A DNA stretch of 64,000 nt from positions 1 through 64,000 of the forward strand of contig CAWHXY010000006.1 in assembly GCA_963833575.1 (NCBI GenBank), written 5' to 3'. Below, piece by piece: positions 17,365 to 26,444 of the stretch (positions are counted from its first letter, which is position 1; the number at the start of each line of letters is the position of its first letter). The notes beneath the pieces are model-generated. The model made no database searches and was not told where the DNA came from. It saw only the letters and a list, made by a program, of their open reading frames with translations. Source of the stretch: Candidatus Bathyarchaeota archaeon. GTDB taxonomy: Archaea > Thermoproteota > Bathyarchaeia > Bathyarchaeales > Bathycorpusculaceae. The translations under genes and the position numbers were made by a program.

Positions 17365-18261
17365 CTATGGATACGTTTTTTGCATAGCTCCAGTGGGGTT
17401 TGATGGACTCTCTATCGGTACTGGCATGGTTGGTGTGCAGGTTCCGTAAATGAATGCGTTGCCTTCTTTTGTTAACACTATGGTTTGCAGGATTTGGTTG
17501 CTTGGTCCCATGTTGACCGTGACGTTGCCGTTATAGCTGACTGAACCTATTCTGGTTACATCGACGCTTAATGTTTTAGCGTTTCTAAGTTCAGTTACTA
17601 CTTGGTTTTGGTTTCCGTTGTAGCTTGCTATGTATGAGCTGATGAATCCTTGACTAGAGGTTTGGTTGGTTGCTCCTTCTGGCAGACTGCTGTTGCTACC
17701 TACGAGTACAGTAAAGCCTCCTGATCCACCGGAGTAGCCGTTGTAGTTTGGAATGCCGTTGTATGTGACACCGTTTGCAAAGGTATAGCTGGTGCCTGGA
17801 CCAAAACCTGTTATGGCCATATAGCCTCCGCCTTGAATGCCTGGAATGTTGTTTATGCTTCCATGAGAGCCCAGTTCCTCTATGGTTGAGCAGACAGAGT
17901 AGGTTACGTTGGCGATTGGTCCTTGGTCAGAGGAGATCTGGAACTGATAGTATTCTATTTTTGCGTCTGCACCTTTGAGAGCCATGCCAGCAGGGGTCAA
18001 TGTGACGTTTGCAAGTCCATTGAGTTCAACGCCGTCCCATGACGCTGTGCCATTTGAGCCACTTTGGTCAAGATTAACATAAGCGTATGTAACATTAACG
18101 TTGAACCAAGGCGTTGATACAACTTGAGCGTTTGCCAGGTCAGCATTTCCTTTTGTTTGGGCCGCCATCAGGTATTCCATTGGTATGACTGTTGCGATTC
18201 CGATTGCTATTGCGAGTATTGAGCATAGTATTACTTTTTTTTCGACCATTTGGTTTTTCAC
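17365..18261 (-). CDS. secreted/membrane-anchored G/S/T/N-rich protein
   Basis: N-terminal KK plus hydrophobic helix; extracellular composition. Confidence 0.7.
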   Translation of the reverse strand: MKNQMVEKKVILCSILAIAIGIATVIPMEYLMAAQTKGNADLANAQVVSTPWFNVNVTYAYVNLDQSGSNGTASWDGVELNGLANVTLTPAGMALKGADAKIEYYQFQISSDQGPIANVTYSVCSTIEELGSHGSINNIPGIQGGGYMAITGFGPGTSYTFANGVTYNGIPNYNGYSGGSGGFTVLVGSNSSLPEGATNQTSSQGFISSYIASYNGNQNQVVTELRNAKTLSVDVTRIGSVSYNGNVTVNMGPSNQILQTIVLTKEGNAFIYGTCTPTMPVPIESPSNPTGAMQKTYP

Positions 18262-18302
18262 CGGTCACCTATTAGCCAAGGCACCTAATAATAGTCCTTG
18301 AA

Positions 18303-18339
18303 GAACAAAAGTGTTCCACTCCTGTTCTCAAGAAGAACA
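18303..18339. promoter_or_regulatory. candidate operator: GAACA/TGTTC inverted repeats
   Basis: GAACA-AAAG-TGTTC and TGTTCT-CAAGA-AGAACA upstream of the 17365-18261 operon. Confidence 0.45.
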
Positions 18340-18431
18340 GCACTTAAGAATAAGATTTAGGCATTGCAGTTAAACACTCTGGGACACCTTCGGAAAAATA
18401 TTGCCATTTTATACGCAACAGTTCTAACTTA

Positions 18432-18878
18432 TCACTCCGACCTTCCCCAAGCGTCAAATGCAAAACCAGTTAATGCCCAGTGCCAACCCCTTTTCTCCGA
18501 AACGTTTTCTCCAAACTCCTTTTCTAATCGCTTGTTCATTCTTAGGATTCTTCTGCTTATCTGGTGACGAGTAATTTTAAACTGTTCAAGTTTTGACTGC
18601 AAATCCTTTGGCAGCAGACCTGGGCTACCTGCCTCATAGAGCAAGCGCAAGATTTCTCGATCAACTTCGTCATTGCAGGCTAGCCTCTCGACTAGAGATT
18701 GCTCAAAATTGAAAGATCCCTTAAGTCCAGCAAAAATTGTTCTCAGCATCAGTTTTACTTCTGCTATTTCTGATAGGGTCTGTTTGAGAAGCTGCTGATT
18801 ATATTTCAATCGCCCGATCTTGTCGCTTTGGCTACGCTTCTTTTTCTGATTTTGAACAGGTTTTTCAATGGTTCCCAT
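18432..18878 (-). CDS. winged-HTH DNA-binding protein
   Basis: DREILRLLYEAGSPGLLPKDL...ITRHQISRRILRMN...EKRGWHWAL; ATG 18878 coupled to the upstream small ORF. Confidence 0.7.
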   Translation of the reverse strand: MGTIEKPVQNQKKKRSQSDKIGRLKYNQQLLKQTLSEIAEVKLMLRTIFAGLKGSFNFEQSLVERLACNDEVDREILRLLYEAGSPGLLPKDLQSKLEQFKITRHQISRRILRMNKRLEKEFGENVSEKRGWHWALTGFAFDAWGRSE

Positions 18879-18879
18879 G

Positions 18880-19044
18880 TCAGAATGCACACTCCAAGAA
18901 TTCTCCAACATCAATACAGGGCAAAATTGACAGTGGGTAATCAGGACCAACCAGTGACAGAAAAGTGACTTCTGAAAAGCATGGACTTTTCCCATGCCTG
19001 AGGGTGTGCGCAAAAATTGCTTTTGAACACCTTTTTACAGACAT
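18880..19044 (-). CDS. small hypothetical protein (54 aa)
   Basis: MSVKRCSKAIFAH...; TAATG overlap with the upstream ORF. Confidence 0.4.
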   Translation of the reverse strand: MSVKRCSKAIFAHTLRHGKSPCFSEVTFLSLVGPDYPLSILPCIDVGEFLECAF

Positions 19045-19220
19045 TATAACCCTCTCTTCTCTAATTCAGCCAGATAGCTATTGATTGCAGAATAGCGCTT
19101 CATACTCCAGAAATCATTTAGTGAAGCGGCCTTTATGACGCGCTTGCAAGCTTTTCCCCGAAGATACATCAAATTATTCATCCGATCGTCTTTGGCCTTC
19201 AGCAAGCGGGGTTGGATCAT
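19044..19220 (-). CDS. small hypothetical protein (58 aa)
   Basis: MIQPRLLKAKDDRMNN...LEKRGL; TGATG overlap with the upstream ORF. Confidence 0.5.
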   Translation of the reverse strand: MIQPRLLKAKDDRMNNLMYLRGKACKRVIKAASLNDFWSMKRYSAINSYLAELEKRGL

Positions 19221-19396
19221 CAAAACCGCCTCCGAAGAACGCAGAAGCTTCTACGTCCTGAAATAACTTCAACTGCTTCAACCAAATCACAAGAGGCATA
19301 AATTTTCTGGTAACCCACGACTATCATAACAACAAATTTTCCACTGCCTCGATTAGCCGCTATGTAACCTGCAGATTTGCCACCAGCCTGACTCAT
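19220..19396 (-). CDS. small hypothetical protein (58 aa)
   Basis: MSQAGGKSAGYIAANRGSGKFVV...; ATGA overlap with 19393..20415. Confidence 0.5.
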   Translation of the reverse strand: MSQAGGKSAGYIAANRGSGKFVVMIVVGYQKIYASCDLVEAVEVISGRRSFCVLRRRF

Positions 19397-20415
19397 CGCA
19401 CATACTCTCCAAGTTTCCGCTGTTTCTCATCAAAAGTTTTTGGACTATCTTCCTCACCGAACTTTCTCAAAGTCTCATTCAACATGGTAACGTTAACCGC
19501 AATCTTTTCGGCAGCCGCCTCAAAACCCTCAAGCTTGGGCAACTTGTTTAAATTCTTATAAATCGCCTCAGTCAAACGTTCAACCTGCAACAGCCGACTA
19601 TTGTTAAATTTAATAGCTTCAGAATTCTCTTTAACTTCCCTACGTAACTCGAAATTTGCTTGGGCACTCTCCATATCTTTAAAGCCCTTAGAAATTGCCT
19701 CTTCAAACTTGTTAATACTCATCGCCTTGGTAACCTTGCGCTCCCTTCGAATTAGCGACTCTTCCTTTTGATACGTCCGATCAATCATGCCAAATAAGTC
19801 TCTCTTCGTTATGCACTGCACGCCATCTACGCGGACACCATGGTAATCTTTGTTCATCTCAAAAGTGGTCAGAACCAAATCTGATAGTGCAAAACCCAAT
19901 TTAGCCTCAACCAAATCAAACCATCGGTTAAGTGCGAAAAGACATGCATCATGGCTCATCCCGCCGATATCACATGCAATGTATCCGCTTATCTTTCGTC
20001 TCTCGGAACCAAAACAAACATGCAACTTAACTCCTCCGACAAACTCGTCAGTTTCCCAATGCTTGATGTCTTGGCAGACATTGGATTGCAAGCTAATGTT
20101 ATGCACACACAAAGGCACAAACCGCACCCTGTAGGTGAGTTTATTGCAGTAGCTTCCAGGATAAGGCTGCAAAACCAAGCCTTTCTGAAGCAGCTTTGAA
20201 CAGACAACCCTAACGGTGGTGTATTGCCCAGTTGTGATTTCCTTAGGTTTCTTATGGGAATGTATTATGCGGGCGATTTCAACGGGTTTTAGTTCAACTT
20301 CGGAAGCATCAATTATATGGTAAGCACGAGCTTCAATGCCTCGACACTTATCCGCTAAACTGTTTAAACAGGTGTTGCTTGAAGTGTTGGCGGTGTTATC
20401 AGATGCTTCAACCAA
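19393..20415 (-). CDS. wHTH-containing protein, possible replication initiator
   Basis: N-terminal wHTH (LKPVEIARII...VCSKLLQKGLV), central VHNISL and FEMNKDY motifs, C-terminal coiled coil; function inferred only. Confidence 0.5.
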   Translation of the reverse strand: MVEASDNTANTSSNTCLNSLADKCRGIEARAYHIIDASEVELKPVEIARIIHSHKKPKEITTGQYTTVRVVCSKLLQKGLVLQPYPGSYCNKLTYRVRFVPLCVHNISLQSNVCQDIKHWETDEFVGGVKLHVCFGSERRKISGYIACDIGGMSHDACLFALNRWFDLVEAKLGFALSDLVLTTFEMNKDYHGVRVDGVQCITKRDLFGMIDRTYQKEESLIRRERKVTKAMSINKFEEAISKGFKDMESAQANFELRREVKENSEAIKFNNSRLLQVERLTEAIYKNLNKLPKLEGFEAAAEKIAVNVTMLNETLRKFGEEDSPKTFDEKQRKLGEYVR

Positions 20416-20418
20416 AAA

Positions 20419-20682
20419 TTAGAACCCTCCAAAACGTCGGTACTCGAGAACTGCTCGCCTGGAACAGGATCCGCCGCCATGCGTGCAATGCCGATTACTA
20501 AAACTGTAAGCTTTGCAAGAAATATCAGTTCCATCAGCATATGCAAGCTTTGCAAACTTGCAGAAAAACAAGTCCTTAGAGCAAGTGTCCATCATGGCGC
20601 AGTCTTTTGATGCTGGATTGCTCAGGCAAGGATAGTATCCGAGAAGACATGGAGGCTTAAACGAATCAGCGGCAAAACTCAT
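20419..20682 (-). CDS. Cys-rich small protein
   Basis: 8 Cys in 87 aa; first gene of the element. Confidence 0.5.
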   Translation of the reverse strand: MSFAADSFKPPCLLGYYPCLSNPASKDCAMMDTCSKDLFFCKFAKLAYADGTDISCKAYSFSNRHCTHGGGSCSRRAVLEYRRFGGF

Positions 20683-20883
20683 TGGAGGCTGCCTCCTCTG
20701 GGCTGGAACTTAGAGCAAGCACTGCTCGAAGCTAACTGATTAATTGATTTCTTACCCTTCAAGGCGGGCTCCGCGCAACGGCCACACCAAAAAAAGCAGT
20801 CCATACAATGGAAAACTTTAGCGTTTTGAGAATTGTTAGAAGTAGATAAAAGAAAAAAACTGGTATATCTTGTAACTGAGAAG

Positions 20884-20960
20884 TGGCGCCGTCGAAAGGA
20901 TTCGGACCTTTGACCGACTGGTTAACAGCCAGCCGCTCTACCGGGCTGAGCCACGACGGC
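20884..20960 (-). tRNA. tRNA-Asn(GTT), CCA encoded; putative provirus integration site
   Basis: Full cloverleaf GCCGTCG...GCTGG CTGTTAA CCAGT...AAAGG TCCGAAT CCTTT CGACGGC GCCA. Confidence 0.95.
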
Positions 20961-21027
20961 ACATCATAATGCTTACGTCACTTTTCAGATTCAATATAGT
21001 ATTTAAGTTTAGTCTTTTCAAACCTGT

Positions 21028-22488
21028 CTATTCTATCTGTCGTACTTTGCGCTTTGCAATTGCTGAGAAGCCCTTGTAGAACTCTTTGGATATTTGTTGG
21101 TACCATTTATCTGCGAAAGACAAGTCAAGTAGATTATCTACCCATCGAAAATCATGTTCTGCACATTCAATTAGAAGCTGCTTGTGTGCATCACTCAATT
21201 GGGTATCGGTAAACCAGTCTTCACTTTTTAGTTTGCCCAACGGAACAAAAAACAGTGGCACAATAAGGCTCCGCATATCTTTAAGGTCATCAACTAGTTC
21301 CATTGTTTTCATGATGTCCGATTCTTGCTCATCCGGCAACCCAACTATTAATGTGCAGGCTGGAGCAAGCATGTTGTCATGCATTACCCCCATGCCCTGA
21401 ACAACTACGTCATGCCAGTTATCGGCGCTAAAAGGATGGGCCTTTGCAGGCATTATCTTCTTTGCAATCTCTGAAGAACCCGTTTCAATTCCAACTTCTG
21501 CTCCCCACCATTTTTGATTTTGCAGTATAAGCTCCGACAATCTTGAAAGCAGCTTAGGTTTTGAGGCAACAGCGGCCAAAGAACAGTGGCTCCAACTTAA
21601 CCCGTCTACTTTTTTTGTTACTAATTCATGCAATTGTACAAGTTTCTCTTCATTTGGAGTAGTATTATTAGAGCCATAAAGCATGACATCTTCTGAATGT
21701 AAACATGTGCCAGTGTTGCCTGCAGCAATATTAACGTTTAATTCACGATCGATCTTCTCAATTGGGTACCAACGAAGAGGCCTTAACGTGACATTGCAAA
21801 ATTGACATCCTCTGCAACAGCCTCTTCCAACCTCAACCAAACCATTGACAGATGGCTTAACAATATCAGGAATCTCTTCCAAAGAAGGTGCTTCACCTAT
21901 TCCTACTTCATAATGGCTTTGAAGAGGTTCTCCCTCTATTGCGCCTTTGATAACTTTCCCAATTATGTTTTCTGCTTCACCTTCAACAACGCAGTCAATA
22001 CCTAAAGCCTTAACAGCATTCTCCCGATAGTGGAACTGCCATGCGCCAGGGCCTCCGACAATAATCTTTACCCCGTTTTGTTTTGCCCTTTGAACTGCTG
22101 GACTTCTAAGCAGGCTTCGAAAGTGTTTTGCCAGAAATGGTTCCTTCTTAAAAATTGAGGCAAGAGTTGTGGAAGCTGGACCTAATCCGAATGGGTCCAT
22201 TGTGTGAATGCCAAGAACTTTTGCGTCTTTAAGATATTTGCCAAGGTACTTTGGGCTTACCGTTTCAACGTTGAAGCCTTCTTTTAAAAGTTGAGCTTCA
22301 GTTTTCCTCAGGCCATAAGGCGCAGAACAGGGGTGCCCACTTTTCGTTTTTAACGGAGGAAAGAAAAGGTAGCTGTAGAGAAATTCTGGAATAAAATTAG
22401 GAGGGGCACAAGTACCAAACCCTAAGAATTCATTATTGTGATAATTACTCATTAAAGTTCTATCAGCGGTCAAAACTACGTCTGCCAT
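21028..22488 (-). CDS. B12-binding radical SAM protein, GDGT ring synthase (GrsA/B)-like
   Basis: CCRGCQFC (CxxxCxxC), IIVGGPGAWQ B12 domain, VLTAD...APYGLRK.EA and DPFGLGP N-terminal motifs. Confidence 0.75.
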   Translation of the reverse strand: MADVVLTADRTLMSNYHNNEFLGFGTCAPPNFIPEFLYSYLFFPPLKTKSGHPCSAPYGLRKTEAQLLKEGFNVETVSPKYLGKYLKDAKVLGIHTMDPFGLGPASTTLASIFKKEPFLAKHFRSLLRSPAVQRAKQNGVKIIVGGPGAWQFHYRENAVKALGIDCVVEGEAENIIGKVIKGAIEGEPLQSHYEVGIGEAPSLEEIPDIVKPSVNGLVEVGRGCCRGCQFCNVTLRPLRWYPIEKIDRELNVNIAAGNTGTCLHSEDVMLYGSNNTTPNEEKLVQLHELVTKKVDGLSWSHCSLAAVASKPKLLSRLSELILQNQKWWGAEVGIETGSSEIAKKIMPAKAHPFSADNWHDVVVQGMGVMHDNMLAPACTLIVGLPDEQESDIMKTMELVDDLKDMRSLIVPLFFVPLGKLKSEDWFTDTQLSDAHKQLLIECAEHDFRWVDNLLDLSFADKWYQQISKEFYKGFSAIAKRKVRQIE

Positions 22489-22843
22489 TGCCCGTCACCA
22501 ACCTTGTCATAGCCCTTTAAAGTTACATTCCTAGAAAGTATGAGGCAGATATAACTTTATTGCTGACCTGCTTATGTTGATTTGGCGTTCATTGCCGTCG
22601 TTTTTTCAGATGTATTTTGAGAGCCTCTAGGCTCTTTATAGAAGGAGTTGTTACCGTTTGCAGTTATTTCGTCGTGCTTAATCTGAGAAATTTTAAGAAA
22701 TTGAGTTAAAGAGTAAAAATCGCTTAATTAACTCATACTCATGTGACACCTTTTGTCAAGGATCAAAACGATGATCTTTACATAAAAAGGTCAGGTTTAA
22801 TCATTTTAATAGAAAAATGTTTATGAAGGTAATCTACTAGTTA

Positions 22844-23437
22844 ATGGGAAACGTCATCGGAGAATGGGATTATTTGAAAAGTATGATAGAATTTAGATGG
22901 CATGGCAGAGGCGGTCAAGGAGCATGGACAGCCAGCGAACTTTTGGCAAGAACAGCCCTCGATGAAGGAAAATACATTCAATCATTCCCTGAATTTGGAC
23001 CTGAACGAATGGGCGCACCAGTTACCGCCTTTACAAGAATAAGCACCGAACCAATAAGATTACATTGCGCAATCTACGAACCAGACGTAGTTGTCGTTCT
23101 TGATAACACCCTATTGAAATCCGTTCAAGTAACCTCTGGATTAAACCGAGATGAAGATGTCTTAATTATTAACTCCCCTGAGGAACCAGGTGCTTTGAAA
23201 GAAAAGCTCAAGGTAACAAAAGGTAAAGTTTGGACAGTCCCAGCAACTGAAATTGCCCTGAGAATTTTGGGTGCACCAATAACAAACACAGCACTGTTGG
23301 GGTGTGTCGCTAAGGCGACAAACATAGTGACTCTTGAGGGAATCCAAAAAACCCTCAAAGGACGATTCCGAGCCGATTTAGCAGAGAAAAACTTTGCAGT
23401 AATAAGAGAAGCTTACGTGGAGGCAAAAAGTGAATGA
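22844..23437 (+). CDS. porC: pyruvate/2-oxoacid:ferredoxin oxidoreductase gamma subunit
   Basis: IEFRWHGRGGQGA, FPEFGPERMGAPV; true start likely 22874 or 22883. Confidence 0.92.
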   Translation: MGNVIGEWDYLKSMIEFRWHGRGGQGAWTASELLARTALDEGKYIQSFPEFGPERMGAPVTAFTRISTEPIRLHCAIYEPDVVVVLDNTLLKSVQVTSGLNRDEDVLIINSPEEPGALKEKLKVTKGKVWTVPATEIALRILGAPITNTALLGCVAKATNIVTLEGIQKTLKGRFRADLAEKNFAVIREAYVEAKSE

Positions 23438-23724
23438 GCAGCAAAGAAAAAACCTGGAAAGAAGTTTCAATTGCTGGCGTATGTTCAAAATCCAGCATTG
23501 GATTCATGACAGGCGATTGGAAAACCTACATGCCAGTTTTAGACCTAGAAAAATGCACAACATGCTTAACGTGTGTTATGTTTTGTCCTGACGGAGCAAT
23601 AAGGTGGCGCCCAGAATTGGGCAAAATTCAATTTGACTTTAGCTTCTGCAAAGGTTGCGGAATATGTGCTAATGAATGCCCAAGCAAAGCAATAACTATG
23701 AAATTGCCAGACGTGGAGGAGTAA
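23434..23724 (+). CDS. porD: 2-oxoacid:ferredoxin oxidoreductase delta subunit
   Basis: TGDWK...CTTCLTCVMFCP and CKGCGICANECP. Confidence 0.92.
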   Translation: MSSKEKTWKEVSIAGVCSKSSIGFMTGDWKTYMPVLDLEKCTTCLTCVMFCPDGAIRWRPELGKIQFDFSFCKGCGICANECPSKAITMKLPDVEE

Positions 23725-23726
23725 AA

Positions 23727-24959
23727 ATGAAGAAAACAGTTAATCAGGAAACAATGGCTTTAAACGGAGACGAAGCAGTTGCGTTAGCAGCAAAACAATG
23801 TGATGTCGATGTTGTTGCTGCCTACCCAATTACTCCCCAAACCATCATAGTTGAAAAATTCAGCGAATACGTCGCAAATGGAGAAGTAAAAACAGAGTAT
23901 GTCTGCACTGAATCAGAGCATAGTGCAATGACCGCGTGTCTTGCAGCATCATCGACAGGTGCACGAACTTTTACTGCAAGTGCATCTGCTGGTTTAGCAT
24001 TAATGCACGAGATGCTTTTTGTTACTTCAGGCTCCCGCGCTCCAGTAGTAATGGCTGTTGCCAACCGCGCTTTATCATCACCTCTAAACATTCATGGCGA
24101 CCACTCCGACAGCATGGCAGAACGAGACAGTGGATGGATTCATATTTACGTGGAAAACGCTCAAGAAGCTTATGATTCCATTATTCAAGCATTCAAGATC
24201 GCCGAAGACGTTGGTGTATCTTTGCCGATAATCGTCGGTCTAGATGGATTCACAATTAGTCATACTCTTGAAAAAGTAGATGTACTTTCCGAAGATGTTG
24301 TTCAACAGTTCATTGGAGAACGCCAGTTCCCCTTAGTGCTTACCCAAGAGGGAAAAACCGTGCCGTTCAAACTTGACCCAAAAAACCCAATGACAATGGG
24401 ACCAAACGCGTTGCAGAACTATTATTTCGAGTTTAAGCGTCAACAGGAGGAAGGCATGAGAAATGCCTTAACAAAGATTCAAGAGGTTAACACTGAATTC
24501 GCTAAAATCAGTGGCAGAAGCTACGGTAACGGGTTAATTGATGCTTACAAGCTTGAAGATGCTGAAATTGCGATTGTTGTTATCGGCTCAACGGCGGGAA
24601 CATTAAAAGTTATAGTTGATCAACTAAGACAAGACGGGATTAAAGCGGGGGTTCTAAGGTTACGCACGTTTAGGCCACTGCCAGTTGAAGATCTTCGCAA
24701 TGCATTAAAAGACGTTAAAGCCATAGCCGTTATGGATAAAAGCATGGTTCCCGGCGGTTTAGGCGGTGCCGTCTTTAGTGAAGTCCGAAATTCACTGTAT
24801 GACCTAAAACAGCATCCGACTATCGTAAGCTACATTTTTGGTTTAGGCGGCAGAGATAGCAATCCGCATAACCTTCGAAAGATCTTTGATGAATTATCTC
24901 GAATCGTTAAAACAGGACAAGTGGAAAAAGAGGTCCACTACTTCGGATTAAGAGAATAA
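23727..24959 (+). CDS. porA: 2-oxoacid:ferredoxin oxidoreductase alpha subunit
   Basis: AAYPITPQT, ESEHSAM, NRALSSPLNIHGDHSD. Confidence 0.93.
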   Translation: MKKTVNQETMALNGDEAVALAAKQCDVDVVAAYPITPQTIIVEKFSEYVANGEVKTEYVCTESEHSAMTACLAASSTGARTFTASASAGLALMHEMLFVTSGSRAPVVMAVANRALSSPLNIHGDHSDSMAERDSGWIHIYVENAQEAYDSIIQAFKIAEDVGVSLPIIVGLDGFTISHTLEKVDVLSEDVVQQFIGERQFPLVLTQEGKTVPFKLDPKNPMTMGPNALQNYYFEFKRQQEEGMRNALTKIQEVNTEFAKISGRSYGNGLIDAYKLEDAEIAIVVIGSTAGTLKVIVDQLRQDGIKAGVLRLRTFRPLPVEDLRNALKDVKAIAVMDKSMVPGGLGGAVFSEVRNSLYDLKQHPTIVSYIFGLGGRDSNPHNLRKIFDELSRIVKTGQVEKEVHYFGLRE

Positions 24960-24972
24960 GGAGGAAATATAG

Positions 24973-25938
24973 TTGACAACAATACAAGAATGGAAATTTA
25001 CGGCAAAAGATATTGCAAACAAACCAGATCTATTCCTTTCGGGCCATAGATCATGTGCAGGCTGTGGACCAGCGTCAACTCTACGGCTCATAATGAAAGC
25101 TACCCGTGGACCAACAATTGTAACCCAAGCAACTGGCTGCATGGAAATCGTCGGTTCAATTTACCCATACACATCGTGGGCGGTGCCTTGGTTGCACACT
25201 GCTTTTGAAAATGCGGCTGCAAATGCTTCAGGAATAGACGCAGCTCTTAAGGCCATGCAGAAAAAAGGCAAAATCAAAGAACACATTGACATTATTGCCC
25301 TGGCTGGTGACGGTGGGACCTGCGATATTGGCTTGCAAGCATTATCTGGCGCTGTTGAACGTGGACACGATTTCTTGTTTATCTTGTACGATAATGAGGG
25401 ATACATGAACACTGGAATACAAAGAAGCAGTGCAACACCAACTGGCGCAGCAACAACAACCACTCCAGCAGGCTCAGTCAATCCTGGAAAACTTGAGAAG
25501 AAAAAGCCTATCACAGATATTATGCTAGCACATGAAATGGAATATGTAGCAACTGCAACACCGTATTACTGGAAAGACCTGATAACAAAAGTACGCAAAG
25601 GCCTAGAAGTCAATGGACCAGCATTTCTACACATATTTGCACCCTGTCCAAGAGGATGGCGCACCGAACCGGGCAAAACAATGGAGTACTCAAAACTATC
25701 AGTAGAATCATGCGTGTTCCCAATCTGGGAAGCAATAAACGGCAAACGACAACTCTCAACGCCAAGCAAACTGATTGCTCTAGCACCGCAAAAAAAGAAG
25801 CCAGTTAAAGATTACCTTACTGGCCAAGGCAGGTTCAGGCACCTGTTTACTCCGCAAAATCAACATGTGCTTGATGAGATGCAGCGCTATACTGATGAAC
25901 GTTGGCAACGGCTTCTACAAAAATGTGAGCCCGCCTAA
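24973..25938 (+). CDS. porB: 2-oxoacid:ferredoxin oxidoreductase beta subunit
   Basis: GHRSCAGCG, GDGG...DNEGYMNTGIQRS TPP motif, APCPRGW. Confidence 0.93.
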   Translation: MTTIQEWKFTAKDIANKPDLFLSGHRSCAGCGPASTLRLIMKATRGPTIVTQATGCMEIVGSIYPYTSWAVPWLHTAFENAAANASGIDAALKAMQKKGKIKEHIDIIALAGDGGTCDIGLQALSGAVERGHDFLFILYDNEGYMNTGIQRSSATPTGAATTTTPAGSVNPGKLEKKKPITDIMLAHEMEYVATATPYYWKDLITKVRKGLEVNGPAFLHIFAPCPRGWRTEPGKTMEYSKLSVESCVFPIWEAINGKRQLSTPSKLIALAPQKKKPVKDYLTGQGRFRHLFTPQNQHVLDEMQRYTDERWQRLLQKCEPA

Positions 25939-26444
25939 TTCTTTTTCTTATTTTTGCTTTTTACTAATTTAATAATTATTAGAACCTATTTTCTTAAATT
26001 TCTGAACTAAATTGAACCTGTGGGGTCAAAAAGTACGTGTTTTTAACTTGAAAAACAACTTAAGAAGGCTTAAAATCATTAAAGCTTCGTGGATATGATT
26101 TGCAGCACTGTGAAGTTTTGAACTATTCTTCCATGAAACGGACGTTCGATTAAACCTACAGGACGTATTAATGCGGCAAAACCGATAGGAACGAGCATTG
26201 CCTTGTCCCGAGAATTGTTTGTGGCAGTAGGTAGCCGAAACCGTTTTGTCGAATCTCCGATGTTGTCTAATGCCTCTGTGCTCAAAATCAATTACAGAAT
26301 GCGGTACAACGCGTGTTTACTGCGGTTGCTTGAGTTGGATAAAAAACGCCAGTTGCAGTTTACCAAGAAGCAAAACGCTTCCACGCCCAACCTCAATTGT
26401 AGCAACTACTATATTGCCAAATAAACAAAAATAACAAATAACGT

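Larger units (their letters stand above)
1..20883 (-). mobile_element. Integrated provirus (Caudoviricetes-like, HK97-fold head module); left boundary not seen
   Basis: Syntenic minus-strand TerS-TerL-portal-minor head-protease-cement-MCP-neck genes plus many short coupled ORFs; right end abuts the 3' end of tRNA-Asn, beyond which housekeeping genes begin. No integrase or att duplication found in the window. Confidence 0.85.

Noticed and set aside
18879-19013. N-terminal extension of the 18432..19013 ORF
   Set aside because: Region is occupied by a coupled small ORF in another frame; ATG 18878 is the better start.
1-20883. att direct repeat and integrase for the provirus
   Set aside because: No second copy of the tRNA-Asn 3' end and no tyrosine/serine recombinase ORF found by eye in the window.
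20759-20962. 67-aa ORF
   Set aside because: Overlaps tRNA-Asn on the same strand; spurious.
22744-22758. TGACA-N5-TGTCA palindrome upstream of the por operon
   Set aside because: Single short palindrome; could be chance, with no second instance to support it.
26079-26434. Three short overlapping ORFs between porB and the DRE-TIM gene
   Set aside because: No motif, conflicting frames, no clear RBS; cannot choose a real gene.
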